24,970 nucleotides of DNA, taken from the IMG/VR virus record IMGVR_UViG_3300032318_000081, positions 1-24,970 of that record; one strand, given 5' to 3'. A program made the position numbers and the translations under genes. This document shows, piece after piece, positions 6,652 to 16,849 of this stretch (position 1 is its first letter; every line of letters begins with the position of its first letter). The notes below the pieces were generated by a model, which was given only the letters and a program-made list of their open reading frames with translations, was not told where the DNA came from and did not search any database. This DNA is from a virus (taxonomy: Duplodnaviria; Caudoviricetes).

Positions 6652-7749
6652 ATGAAACGAGTACCCATCTCGCAGGTTATTCCTAACCCTACCAACCCAC
6701 GCATAATCAAGGACGATAAGTTTAAGAAGCTCGTAAAGTCCATTGAGGAGTTCCCTGAAATGCTTGAGCTACGCCCAATCGTAGTGGATAGCAATATGGT
6801 GGTACTGGGTGGGAATATGCGCCTGAAGGCTTGCATTGCAGCAGGACTTAAAGAAGTTCCTATCATCGTAGCGGATAACCTTACCGAGCAGCAACAGGCG
6901 GAATTCATCATCAAAGACAACGTGGGCTTCGGAGAATGGGATTGGGACTTGCTCGCTAACCAATGGGATGTAGAAGCGTTAGAGGATTGGGGACTTGAGC
7001 TGCCCTTTGACAATACGCCTGTGCTTGAAGCGGAGGAGGATGACTACGAAGCACCAAGCGAAATACAAACGGACATCGTATTAGGTGACCTGATAGAGAT
7101 AGGCCACCACCGACTGTTATGTGGGGACTCTACCGATAGCGACCAAGTGGCTCGGCTGATGAATGGTGAGAAGGCTGATATGGTATTCACCGACCCACCA
7201 TACGGAATGAACGCAGTATCAAAGTCAGGCGTACTGAAGGAAAAATACGGAAGTGATATTCTTGGTGATAGCGACACGAATGCAGCAAAAGATTCATTCA
7301 ATCTGATTTATTCATTGTACCCCGATGCTTTGCACATTTGGTGGGGTGCGAACTACTACTCATCCTGCTTGCCCGATTCTGAATGTTGGATTGTTTGGGA
7401 TAAGAACAATGGTGGAAGCGACCAAACCGATTGCGAGCTTGCGTGGTCAAACGCACGAAGTGTGGTACGCCAATACACAAAGGCATCAGAAAAAACCAAC
7501 AGGGTACACCCAACACAAAAACCCGTTGATTTAATTTCGTGGGCATTCAATAAGTTTTGCGACAATGCGAAGCTCATTAGTGACTTTTTTCTTGGTAGCG
7601 GAGCCACAATGGTAGCAGCACACCAACTCAACCGCAAATGCTTTGGTATGGAACTTGACCCGAAGTACTGCCAAGTGATTGTAGACCGAATGCACAAACT
7701 TGACCCATCACTTGAAATCAAAATAAACGGCAAGCCGTATGGCAAATAA
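6652..7749 (+). CDS. ParB/Srx N-terminal domain fused to a beta-class N6-adenine/N4-cytosine DNA methyltransferase
   Basis: NPTNPR...LVKSI...RPIVVD...LGGNMRLKA (ParBc); HRLLCGDS, TDPPYG, HPTQKP, DFFLGSGAT and GMELDPKY (N6_N4_Mtase). Confidence 0.9.
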   Translation: MKRVPISQVIPNPTNPRIIKDDKFKKLVKSIEEFPEMLELRPIVVDSNMVVLGGNMRLKACIAAGLKEVPIIVADNLTEQQQAEFIIKDNVGFGEWDWDLLANQWDVEALEDWGLELPFDNTPVLEAEEDDYEAPSEIQTDIVLGDLIEIGHHRLLCGDSTDSDQVARLMNGEKADMVFTDPPYGMNAVSKSGVLKEKYGSDILGDSDTNAAKDSFNLIYSLYPDALHIWWGANYYSSCLPDSECWIVWDKNNGGSDQTDCELAWSNARSVVRQYTKASEKTNRVHPTQKPVDLISWAFNKFCDNAKLISDFFLGSGATMVAAHQLNRKCFGMELDPKYCQVIVDRMHKLDPSLEIKINGKPYGK

Positions 7750-8086
7750 TGACATCCTTAAAAAGGCAATGCTTGAGGCTTTAGAGAAATCTTTAGGCGT
7801 TGTCACCTCTGCTTGCAAGACGGTGGACATCTCACGGGAAACGCACTACCGATGGATGCGTGAGGATGCCGACTACAAAGCAGGAGTCGAAGCACTATCA
7901 GACGTTGCCCTTGACTTCGCAGAAAGCCAACTGCACAAGCAAATCAAAGACGGCAACTCAACCGCCACCATCTTCTACCTAAAGACAAAGGGCAAGAAGC
8001 GTGGGTACATAGAACGCCAAGAGGTAGAGGTAGCATCAGGCAAGATGTTCCAAATAGAGGTGCTTGGGGAAGATTCAGACCAATAA
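7739..8086 (+). CDS. terS: Terminase small subunit (HTH)
   Basis: GVVTSACKTVDISRETHYRW helix-turn-helix and ATIFYLKTKGKKRGY; directly upstream of TerL. Confidence 0.7.
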   Translation: MANNDILKKAMLEALEKSLGVVTSACKTVDISRETHYRWMREDADYKAGVEALSDVALDFAESQLHKQIKDGNSTATIFYLKTKGKKRGYIERQEVEVASGKMFQIEVLGEDSDQ

Positions 8087-9221
8087 GGTATTCAACCACC
8101 TAAAGCGCAGCGACAAGAAGATTGTCGTTGAGCAGGGCGGTACTCGGAGTGGGAAGACATACAACATCCTGCTTTGGGTGATTTTCTATTATACCGACCA
8201 GCATACGGACAAGACCATCACCATCTGCCGCAAGACATTCCCATCGCTTCGTGCTTCGGTGATGAGGGACTTCTTTGACATTCTGCGTAGCCACGACCTG
8301 TACCGTGAGGAGTACCATAACAAGTCAAACCACGAATATTACCTCAACGGAAACTTGGTGGAGTTCATCAGCCTTGACCAGCCGCAAAAGATACGAGGCA
8401 GAAAGCGAGACCTGTTGTACATCAACGAGGCCAACGAGCTAACATACGAAGATTGGCAGCAGCTTATCCTGCGTACTGAAGGCAGGGCAATCCTTGACTA
8501 CAACCCATCTGATGCGTTCCATTGGATTTACGATAAGGTTGTTACCCGTGATGACTGCGACTTCTTCCAGACCACCTACCTTGATAACCCGTTTCTTGAT
8601 GAAGCAGTAAAGGCAGAAATTGAACGCCTGAAGGAAACGGATGATGACTACTGGCGTATCTACGGATTGGGTGAGCGTGGTATGAGCCGTGCCACCATCT
8701 TCCAATTCGGGATGAACGAGATACCTGCTGATGCAACCTTGCTCGCATACGGAATGGACTTCGGTTACACGAACGACCCAACCTCGCTTGTTGCGGTGTA
8801 CAAATCGGGGGACAACCTGTACGCAGATGAACTCATCTATCAAACGGGACTTACCAACCCCGATATCAGCAACAGGCTAAAAGACCTAAACATTGACAGG
8901 CGCACAGAGGTATACGCTGATTCTGCTGAACCCAAATCTATTGAGGAGCTGCATCGTATGGGATGGAACGTAAAACCCACGCAGAAGGGCGCAGATAGCG
9001 TTATAGTGGGTATTGACGTGCTGAAGCGACACAAGCTATTCGTTACCCCACGAAGCAACAATCTAATTAAAGAGATGCAGAACTACAAATGGGTAGAGGA
9101 CAAGAACGGAAACCTCCTGAACAAACCCATAGACGCATTCAACCACGCCATAGATGCTATGCGCTACGCAACATACAACAAGCTAAGCAAGCCGAACTAC
9201 GGCCGCTATGCTATACGTTAA
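8064..9221 (+). CDS. terL: Terminase large subunit (PBSX/SPP1-like)
   Basis: Walker A QGGTRSGKT, Walker B LLYINEAN, DYNP, nuclease-domain GMDFG, ADSAEP and NHAIDAMRY. Confidence 0.95.
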   Translation: MGKIQTNKVFNHLKRSDKKIVVEQGGTRSGKTYNILLWVIFYYTDQHTDKTITICRKTFPSLRASVMRDFFDILRSHDLYREEYHNKSNHEYYLNGNLVEFISLDQPQKIRGRKRDLLYINEANELTYEDWQQLILRTEGRAILDYNPSDAFHWIYDKVVTRDDCDFFQTTYLDNPFLDEAVKAEIERLKETDDDYWRIYGLGERGMSRATIFQFGMNEIPADATLLAYGMDFGYTNDPTSLVAVYKSGDNLYADELIYQTGLTNPDISNRLKDLNIDRRTEVYADSAEPKSIEELHRMGWNVKPTQKGADSVIVGIDVLKRHKLFVTPRSNNLIKEMQNYKWVEDKNGNLLNKPIDAFNHAIDAMRYATYNKLSKPNYGRYAIR

Positions 9222-9230
9222 ATTCTAAAG

Positions 9231-9243
9231 GTTATTTTATTAG
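9231..9243 (+). promoter_or_regulatory. Candidate late-promoter element GTTATTTTATTAG-ATG
   Basis: In the short gap after terL; shares the TCTAAA..GTTATTT context with the 6641 site. Confidence 0.45.
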
Positions 9244-9980
9244 ATGGAACTAAAGGTCAACGTACCCACCACCTTGAGCGAGATTACGCTTGAGCAATAC
9301 CAACGCTTTGTAAAGTTAGAAGGCGATGAGGAGTTCCTTACCCATAAGATGCTGGAAATCTTCTGCGGGCTGCCTCTTGCTGACTTGCCCAACGTGCGGG
9401 TCAAGGATGTGAGCAACGTAACGAGCCACATCTACAAGATGCTCAACGAGAAGCCAAAGCTCAAGCCTACGTTCACCATTGGCAAACAGGAGTTCGGGTT
9501 CATTCCTGAGTTGGACAATATCACCTACGGTGAGTTTGTAGACCTTGACACCTACATCCAAGACATCCAGAATCTGCACAACACGATGGCGGTATTGTAC
9601 CGACCCATCACCAAGCAAGTAGGCGATAGATACCTAATAGAGCCATACGAGTCAGCAAGCAAATATGCAACGCTGATGAAGCAAGCTCCGATGGATGTGG
9701 TAATGGCAGCATCGCTTTTTTTTTATCGTTTAGGGAACGAGTTGTTGCAGGCTACCCTGAGCTATTTGGAGAAGGAGAATCAGAAAACCAATTCAGCAGA
9801 CAAGCCCAATTCGCCAAACGATGGGGATGGTACTCTACCATCTATCAGCTTGCTCAAGGAGATATTAGAAGGTTTGGAGGAGTCACTGAATTGGAGCTAC
9901 ACAAGTGCCTTCAGTTCCTCACCTTTGAAAAGCAAAAGCAAGAAGTTGAAAACGACTTAATTAAACAATCAATACGATGA
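9244..9980 (+). CDS. Putative tail assembly chaperone with programmed -1 frameshift (0-frame product 238 aa ending 9960; -1 product about 245 aa ending 9980)
   Basis: T9 run at 9716-9724 (CTT TTT TTT TAT). The -1 frame is open 9720-9980 (FLSFRERVVAGYPELFG...KRWGWYSTIYQLAQGDIRRF...KQSIR) and its TGA overlaps the next ATG. Confidence 0.7.
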
Positions 9981-10444
9981 GGCAGTTTTACGACATCACT
10001 ACCAAACTCAAGGACACGCTGCTGGCGCATAGCCAAGTCAATGTGGTTACGACAGGTGACCTGTTTGACGTTGACCTAAACAAGCAGACCATCTTTCCCC
10101 TTAGCCATATCATCGTAAACCAAGCGACCTTTGAAGGTCAGGTGGTACGCATGAGCGTAAGTCTCGTTTGTATGGACGTGGTTGATGATACGAAGGAAGA
10201 CCCCAGAGCGCAACCAGAGCCTTTCTACGGCACTTCTAACGTGCAAGACATACTCAACACCCAACTCGCAGTAATCAACGATGTGGTGCAAGAATTACGC
10301 AGAGGCACTTTGTACTCCGACTTGTACCAATTAGATGGCAACCCAACCTGCACTCCGTTCTTGGAACGCTTTGAGAATCTTCTTGCTGGATGGACTGCTA
10401 CGTTTGACGTGCTGCTTGCTAACACCGAGATAAGCGTCTGCTAA
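9977..10444 (+). CDS. Putative tail terminator/completion protein
   Basis: 155 aa with an FP.SHI motif and alternating beta-strand pattern; position in the tail block. Inference only. Confidence 0.5.
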   Translation: MRQFYDITTKLKDTLLAHSQVNVVTTGDLFDVDLNKQTIFPLSHIIVNQATFEGQVVRMSVSLVCMDVVDDTKEDPRAQPEPFYGTSNVQDILNTQLAVINDVVQELRRGTLYSDLYQLDGNPTCTPFLERFENLLAGWTATFDVLLANTEISVC

Positions 10445-10980
10445 TGACACGGGATGAGCGCATACAGGCGGTGCTTGATAAGTTCGGCAAATACGTTGTG
10501 CAACAGGCGAGAGCAAACCTCACCCGCCAACGCAAGAACGTAACGAAGGATTTGTACGACTCTATTGAATGGACTGCGGTTGCATCAAAGAGTGGTGAGT
10601 CCTTCACGGCAGTACTATCAATGCTTGAGTATGGGCAGTTCCAAGATAGCGGTGTAAAGGGAAAAAGCAGCACCTATGGCTCAGCACAAGGTAGCCCATT
10701 TCGTTTTGGCACAGGCACGGGCAAGAAGGGTGGTCTTACGGAAGCAATGCAAAAATGGGTACGTGCAAGACGCTTTCAGTTCCGCCAAAAGAACGGCAAG
10801 TTTATGAGCTACGATAGCACGGCATTCCTTATCGCACGAAGCGTATACCAAAAAGGAATCCCTGCTTCGTTCTTCTACTCACGACCATTTAACCTCGCAT
10901 TCCAAAAGCTACCTGCTGAATTGGTAGAGGCATACGCACTCACCCCTGATGACTTCAAAGAATTCCTAAAGAAAAAATGA
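10444..10980 (+). CDS. Putative neck/tail completion protein (HK97 gp10-like, basic)
   Basis: T.DLYDSI, YGQFQDSGVKG and FLIARSVYQKGIPA..F...F pattern; strongly basic. Confidence 0.55.
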   Translation: MTRDERIQAVLDKFGKYVVQQARANLTRQRKNVTKDLYDSIEWTAVASKSGESFTAVLSMLEYGQFQDSGVKGKSSTYGSAQGSPFRFGTGTGKKGGLTEAMQKWVRARRFQFRQKNGKFMSYDSTAFLIARSVYQKGIPASFFYSRPFNLAFQKLPAELVEAYALTPDDFKEFLKKK

Positions 10981-12242
10981 GTATACCTGTTTCAGCGACT
11001 CCTGCGTCTATCGCTACGGCTCGCAGCCCAATCTTCATCACGGGCAAGAATAACACGCTGACCAACGATTCGCTGGATGCGATGACTGTGAATATCAGCT
11101 CGTACACGGGAACACAAACGCCAGTAGTAAGCCCGACCACCTACACGCTATCCAAGAACTACTCCATCAACGAGGTCATCAACTTTGAGATATCTGACCT
11201 AATCCGTGAGAAGTTCCAGCATCCATTCGGTAAGGCATTCATCACCGAGCCAAGTGCATCAGAAACAGGCGAAGCAGTATGGGTACGCAGAACAGGAGAT
11301 TGGACTTACTCTGACAATGGCGCAGCACCAACTACGGGTGTTATTGGAACGGTATACTTCTTGGCTCTTGAGGGATACAAATCGCTCGGAGAACTGCAAA
11401 ATGCAGGGGTAACGCAAGCAGGACTTGTGACCTCACGCCCATTCCAAGTGCTTGCAGGCAACTCGCAGAGCCTTGCGGTATCGTACAACACCTACTCAGG
11501 CGTAAACGGATTCACCATTGAAATCAACGGAGTAGAGTATTGGTTCTCGCTCAAGGATGAGCTGGGATGGGCTAATACAACCACGACCTCTACGCAGATG
11601 GTCATCTATATTCCGAGTGGCGTTACCAACGTAGCAACATTCTTAGGCGTAACACCAACCGATGACTACACCATCAACCTGCTTGTCAACAACGAGTGTA
11701 TCAGCTACAACGACCGAGTGAAGGCTGATGGCGGAACGGTAGAAGCACTTGGCTGCCTATGCGAAGCGGTAGATGCTCTTGGCGGTAACGATGACAAGGT
11801 AGCCTACGACTTTGAGGTGGTATGCGAACCTAAGTACGACCCATATCTAATTCAGTTTGTAAACAAGTACGGGGTATCTGACTACCTTACGTTCTTCAAG
11901 AAGTCAACGGAGCAGGGTAACTTCACGCAAGACCAATACCAAAAGAGCATCTATGCGGATGCGTATACGGATGTCAACTACGTGAACGGCAAATACCAAT
12001 CGTTCAATATCAATTCTCGCAACACGCTAACGCTCAACACAGGCTTCGTGGATGAGTCGTATGGTGCTATCATGGAGGAGATTCTGATGAGCGAGAAGGT
12101 AGCAGTATACGAGGATGGTCAATGGGTAGCAATCCAACCAAATCGTGGAACTATTGACTACCAGAAATCCATCAATGACAAGACCATTAACTACACGATG
12201 AGCTTCACCTATGCGTTTGACCAACGGATGCTTGTACGATGA
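10977..12242 (+). CDS. Virion tail protein (distal-tail-like C-terminal domain) carrying one copy of the RV..DGG motif
   Basis: Beta-rich, Ser/Thr-rich N-terminal part; C-terminal FVNKYGVSDY.TF...LTLNTGFVDE...EEILMSEKV. Confidence 0.55.
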   Translation: MSIPVSATPASIATARSPIFITGKNNTLTNDSLDAMTVNISSYTGTQTPVVSPTTYTLSKNYSINEVINFEISDLIREKFQHPFGKAFITEPSASETGEAVWVRRTGDWTYSDNGAAPTTGVIGTVYFLALEGYKSLGELQNAGVTQAGLVTSRPFQVLAGNSQSLAVSYNTYSGVNGFTIEINGVEYWFSLKDELGWANTTTTSTQMVIYIPSGVTNVATFLGVTPTDDYTINLLVNNECISYNDRVKADGGTVEALGCLCEAVDALGGNDDKVAYDFEVVCEPKYDPYLIQFVNKYGVSDYLTFFKKSTEQGNFTQDQYQKSIYADAYTDVNYVNGKYQSFNINSRNTLTLNTGFVDESYGAIMEEILMSEKVAVYEDGQWVAIQPNRGTIDYQKSINDKTINYTMSFTYAFDQRMLVR

Positions 12243-14248
12243 ATAAGGTTGATATTTATGTCAATGGTCAGAGGCTTGATGTATTCCAAGATGAGGAGAT
12301 AAACCTCAACATCTCGGTGCAGAATGTTCAGGACATCAGCAAGGTGTTCACCGACTTCACGCAAGGGTTCACCATTCCTGCTACGCCAACCAACAATGCC
12401 ATCTTCGGGTACTACTACCGCACCGATTTTAGTGGCACGTTTGATGCTCGCTTTCGCCAAGATGCGTTCATTGAAATCAACTCGTTGCCATTTCGCTCTG
12501 GCTCGGTAGAGCTTGATGGTGTACAACTAAAAGGTACTGAACCCTACGCCTACAACATTACGTTCTATGGCGGCTTGGTAAACCTCACCGACTTGTTTGG
12601 TGATGACTACCTGTATGACCTGAACTTCAGCGCATACGACCACGCTTATACGGATGATGCAGTTTTTGATAGATTCACTACCGAATACGACAATGCGTTC
12701 TTTTATCCGTTGATGAGTCCTGTCAAGAATTGGTTTTATGATTCAAGAAATGGAAACCACGATGATAACAACTTACACTATCACAATAATAGCGAACAAC
12801 ACGGAATCCACTACTACGAGCTGAAGCCTGCGATGAAGGCATACGCTATATTGGATGCCATAGAAGCAAAATACGGAATCACCTTCACGGGTTCATTCTT
12901 ATCAGCCAATCCATTCGTAGACCTATCGCTATGGCTTCACCGCTTTGAGGGCTATATGTTTGCTTCAGGAAACGACATTGAGTGGAGGCTTATCAACTTT
13001 AACCGAAATACGGGTAGCGGCAGCCAATTCAATCTGACCACCGAAACGTGGACAGTACCAGAGAGCAAAGAATACGACCTTGACATCACGATGGCCAACG
13101 TAGACCAGAACTACGAGTTGGGTGTGTTCCGCAATGGCGTATTTGATTATTCGGTTTTAGTAGATGCACATCCTTCTTCATCGGTTACAAGCACGATGGA
13201 GAACTTGCTATACACGGAAGGAGATACTATTCAGTTATTCATCCGACCACAGGTAGCAGCATCTATGAACTACCAATGCACGGACTATTCAGGCATCAAC
13301 TCTTTAGCGGGTGTTGAATTCTCGGTAGACCAGACACTTGCTGCGGTATATACCTTCACGGTGATAGTTACCGACCTAATGCCTGAAATCAAGGTAAGGG
13401 ACTTCCTTGCTGGTATCTTGAAGATGTACAACATGGTCATCGTACCTACCACATCTACATCGTTCTTGCTTCAGCCGTTGGATGATTGGTACGCAGCAGG
13501 AAGCGACAAGGACTACCAATCCTACTTTGACATCACGGAGTACTCGGTAAACCGACCTCCGCTATTTAGGGAGATTGAATTCAAGTACCAAGACACGGAG
13601 CAGATACTCGGCTTCCAATATCAGAAAGCTAATAATACAGGGTTTGGTGACCTTCGCAACTTCTTTGCATTTGATGCAGAGGATTTCATTATTGAAGTTC
13701 CGTTTGAGTGTCCATTGTTTGAAAGATTAACCGACCAACGTACGGGTGCATTAACCAACGTACTTGTCTACAAGAGCATCACCGAGAATACAAACGAGGA
13801 TGGCACATTTAACAAATACTTGGGTGCGCCTGTTGTTTTTTATGCTTCGTATGGGGATTACTTTATTGATTCAAACCCCGTTGCATTTGTAAACTCGGAC
13901 AATAATACAAGCAGAAGGGTAGACTATTGTTGGTACGCTAATACCTCAAATCTACCAACAAGCGCAGGAGCATCGTACTCTACGTGCTTTGGTGCAGACA
14001 TTGACCCATACCACCTACAAAGCGTAAGCCGCAGTTTATACAACGAATACTGGAGCGACTACATCACCGACCTTTACAACGTAAGGCGTAGGCTCTTTCA
14101 AGTTGATGCGGTTCTACCGCTTGGTGCTATGCTATCTATGAACCTCCAAAACGGAGTAATCTGGAACAACAACAAGTACATTGTCAATTCCGTGCAGGTG
14201 AGTCTGACCACAGGCAAAGCAACATTTGAACTCCTTAACGTAGTATGA
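12239..14248 (+). CDS. Tail tip/baseplate hub-like protein
   Basis: 669 aa; N-terminal LDVF.DE.I...FTQGFTIPAT..NNAIF and C-terminal YIVNSV......ATFELL; adjacent to the tape measure gene. Confidence 0.55.
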   Translation: MNKVDIYVNGQRLDVFQDEEINLNISVQNVQDISKVFTDFTQGFTIPATPTNNAIFGYYYRTDFSGTFDARFRQDAFIEINSLPFRSGSVELDGVQLKGTEPYAYNITFYGGLVNLTDLFGDDYLYDLNFSAYDHAYTDDAVFDRFTTEYDNAFFYPLMSPVKNWFYDSRNGNHDDNNLHYHNNSEQHGIHYYELKPAMKAYAILDAIEAKYGITFTGSFLSANPFVDLSLWLHRFEGYMFASGNDIEWRLINFNRNTGSGSQFNLTTETWTVPESKEYDLDITMANVDQNYELGVFRNGVFDYSVLVDAHPSSSVTSTMENLLYTEGDTIQLFIRPQVAASMNYQCTDYSGINSLAGVEFSVDQTLAAVYTFTVIVTDLMPEIKVRDFLAGILKMYNMVIVPTTSTSFLLQPLDDWYAAGSDKDYQSYFDITEYSVNRPPLFREIEFKYQDTEQILGFQYQKANNTGFGDLRNFFAFDAEDFIIEVPFECPLFERLTDQRTGALTNVLVYKSITENTNEDGTFNKYLGAPVVFYASYGDYFIDSNPVAFVNSDNNTSRRVDYCWYANTSNLPTSAGASYSTCFGADIDPYHLQSVSRSLYNEYWSDYITDLYNVRRRLFQVDAVLPLGAMLSMNLQNGVIWNNNKYIVNSVQVSLTTGKATFELLNVV

Positions 14249-14397
14249 AGCAGACGTATTTAGGTTATTTGATTGAACTCCTCAACTCGGATGAGTGGAT
14301 TGGTGCAGGCGAGAATATAGAAATCGCCAAAGGCAAGCATAAACTACCCGAAGGATGGAACGAATATATTAAGTTGCAATGGCGGCAGTTGAAGTAA
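14245..14397 (+). CDS. Small hypothetical protein (50 aa, MKQTYLGYLIELLNSDEW...IEIAKGKHKLPEGW...), not in the ORF track
   Basis: ATGA overlap at 14245 and TAA at 14395-14397; bridges the hub and tape measure genes. Confidence 0.7.
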   Translation: MKQTYLGYLIELLNSDEWIGAGENIEIAKGKHKLPEGWNEYIKLQWRQLK

Positions 14398-15917
14398 TTG
14401 AGATTAAAGGTGATGCCTCCTCCGCTATTGCGGCTTTAAAGGCCGTAGGCATTGAGGCTAACAAGACCACAACGGCTGCACAAAAAAGCAATGAGGCTAT
14501 CAACGATGGCCTTGAGGCATTAGACAAGCAGACCAATGGTGCGGTATCAGCGTTCCGCAGTTTGCAGGGTGGAATCAAGAGTGCAGTTACCGCATTCACT
14601 ACGCTCAAAGGAGCAATCATCGCTACGGGTCTTGGTGCGCTATTGGTAGCAGTAACATCGCTCGTTACCTATTTCAAAGAAACCGAACGAGGCGGTGACC
14701 AGCTCGCTGAGGTTATGGGCTTTCTTGGAGCAGCAGTCAAGGTCGTAATTGACCGAGTAATTCTCTTGGGTGAGTCATTATTTAAACTATTCTCAGGGGA
14801 CTTTAAGGGAGCGATTGAAGGCGTAACGGGAGCATTCAAGGGATTGGGTGATGAGATTGCAAGAGAGAGCAAACTCGGTCGTGAACTCGCCAAGCAACTC
14901 AACGATGTAGAGGATGCAGAACGTGCGCTCATCGCACAACGTGCCATCGCTAACAAACAGATTGCAGAGGCTCGCTTGATTGCCGATGACGTTAACAAGA
15001 CCACCGAGCAGCGAATTGCTGCGGTTAAACGTGCAGGTGCTATTGAAGAACGAGTAGCACGGCAGGAACTTGCCGTTCAGCGTCAGCGTTTGTCAGTCCT
15101 TGAGCAGCAGGCTAAGATGGGCGAGGCTACCGAAGAAGGACTCACCCGCATTGAGGAGGCACGTGCAAGAATCTCCGAGCTGGAGCAAGCAAACATTATG
15201 CGTAGGAAGCGTTTGCAGACCGAAACTATTGGGCTTCTAAACGAAGAAATCGCCAAGACTAAAGAACTTGAGAAGGCTCGCCAAGATGCCGAGAAAGTAC
15301 GCTTTGAGGATAGCGAAAAGAAGTTTAAGAAGTACGTTGATGACTCGGTAAATGCGGCCAATGTAGGCGCAGGTCAGGTAGCAAGAGTCGGACAATTTTA
15401 TGCGGAGGCTATCGCTCAAGGAACAGAAACTTCAGCAGCAGACCTTAGTGACTACATCAACTTCACGCTTGCGAACCTTGATGCAGTAAGTCAAGCCATT
15501 AGCGGATTTGCTGCGCTTGCAGGAGAGAACACCAAACTAAGCAAGGCACTTGCCATCTCGCAGATTGTCATTGACACGTATATGGGTGCTACCAAAGCGC
15601 TCGGTGCGTACCCGCCTCCATTTGGTGCTATCGCAGCAGCAGGAGTTATCGCAGGAGGTATCGCCAACCTCAACAAGGTAAAGTCAACGCAGATACCCAC
15701 CTCTCCAAGTGCTGCACCTACGGCTACTATCTCTGCACCTACCGCAGCATCACAACCACCGCAGTTCAACATCGTTGGGCAGGGTGGCGTGAACCAATTA
15801 GCGCAGAGCATCGGTGGTCAGTTTGACCGACCGCTACGTGCGTATGTGGTGAGCCAAGACATTAGCACCGCACAACAACTGCAACGCCAACGAGTAAGAA
15901 CCGCAACATTCGGATAA
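14379..15917 (+). CDS. Tail tape measure protein (512 aa)
   Basis: Ala/Gly-rich amphipathic helices (AIIATGLGALLVAV), long coiled coil, and C-terminal RAYVVSQDI..AQ. Confidence 0.8.
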   Translation: MAAVEVIEIKGDASSAIAALKAVGIEANKTTTAAQKSNEAINDGLEALDKQTNGAVSAFRSLQGGIKSAVTAFTTLKGAIIATGLGALLVAVTSLVTYFKETERGGDQLAEVMGFLGAAVKVVIDRVILLGESLFKLFSGDFKGAIEGVTGAFKGLGDEIARESKLGRELAKQLNDVEDAERALIAQRAIANKQIAEARLIADDVNKTTEQRIAAVKRAGAIEERVARQELAVQRQRLSVLEQQAKMGEATEEGLTRIEEARARISELEQANIMRRKRLQTETIGLLNEEIAKTKELEKARQDAEKVRFEDSEKKFKKYVDDSVNAANVGAGQVARVGQFYAEAIAQGTETSAADLSDYINFTLANLDAVSQAISGFAALAGENTKLSKALAISQIVIDTYMGATKALGAYPPPFGAIAAAGVIAGGIANLNKVKSTQIPTSPSAAPTATISAPTAASQPPQFNIVGQGGVNQLAQSIGGQFDRPLRAYVVSQDISTAQQLQRQRVRTATFG

Positions 15918-16849
15918 TGAAACTTATTGAACTAATCTTAGATGAAACGATGGCACTCACGGGGATTGATGCCATCAGCCTCGTAGAGCATCCTGCTATT
16001 GAAGAGGACTTTATCGCCCTCAAGTCAGAGCGTGTAGAATTCGCTGCACAGGATAACGAGAAGCGCATCCTTATGGGAGCAGCACTCGTTCCAAACAAAC
16101 CCATCTACCGAGTAAATGGCGAGGAGGAGTTCTACGTTTACTTCAGCCAAGACACCATACGCAAAGCGAGTGAGATGTTCTTCCAGAAGGCAAACCAGAA
16201 CAACGCTACGCTTGAACACGAAGTAGAAATCAACGGACTCACGGTTGTAGAGAGCTGGATTATTGAGGATGAGGTTCACGATAAGAGCAAGAAGTACGGC
16301 TTTGAATTGCCTATTGGTACGTGGATGGTTTCCATGAAGGTCAACAACCCTGAGATTTGGGATGGCTTCGTAAAGACAGGCCGTGTCAAGGGATTCTCTA
16401 TTGAGGGCTACTTCGTTGACAAGATGAACTTCGCCAAGCAGGAGATGGAGCGCCTTGAGGAGCAAGAGGCGGCTTTGCTGCTATCACAAATCGTAGCCAT
16501 CATCAAAAAGGATGGGCGCAAGAAAAGCGGTAAGCGTATGGAATTGGAATCCTACTCGGACTACCCACAAGCAGTACGCTCTAACGCCAAGCGTGGTATC
16601 GTGCTGAACGAGAAGAATGGCAACAAATGTGCTACGCCTGTTGGTAAGGTACGAGCGCAGCAGTTGGCGCAAGGCAAGCCTGTAAGCGTAGAAACCATCA
16701 CCCGTATGTACTCGTACCTATCAAGAGCCGAAGAATACTACGATGAGAACGACACTACCGCTTGCGGCACCATCAGCTACCTGCTATGGGGTGGTCTTGC
16801 TGCAAAGCGTTGGGCTGAATCTAAACTTAAAGAATTGGGCAAAATATGA
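15917..16849 (+). CDS. XkdF-like putative prohead serine protease with an additional C-terminal domain
   Basis: LVEHPAIE, RILMGAALVPNKPIYR, TLEH, VESWI, GTWMVSMKV and KGFSIEG. The extra domain starts SYSDYP...CATPVGKVRAQQLA...ISYLLWGG. Confidence 0.75.
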   Translation: MKLIELILDETMALTGIDAISLVEHPAIEEDFIALKSERVEFAAQDNEKRILMGAALVPNKPIYRVNGEEEFYVYFSQDTIRKASEMFFQKANQNNATLEHEVEINGLTVVESWIIEDEVHDKSKKYGFELPIGTWMVSMKVNNPEIWDGFVKTGRVKGFSIEGYFVDKMNFAKQEMERLEEQEAALLLSQIVAIIKKDGRKKSGKRMELESYSDYPQAVRSNAKRGIVLNEKNGNKCATPVGKVRAQQLAQGKPVSVETITRMYSYLSRAEEYYDENDTTACGTISYLLWGGLAAKRWAESKLKELGKI

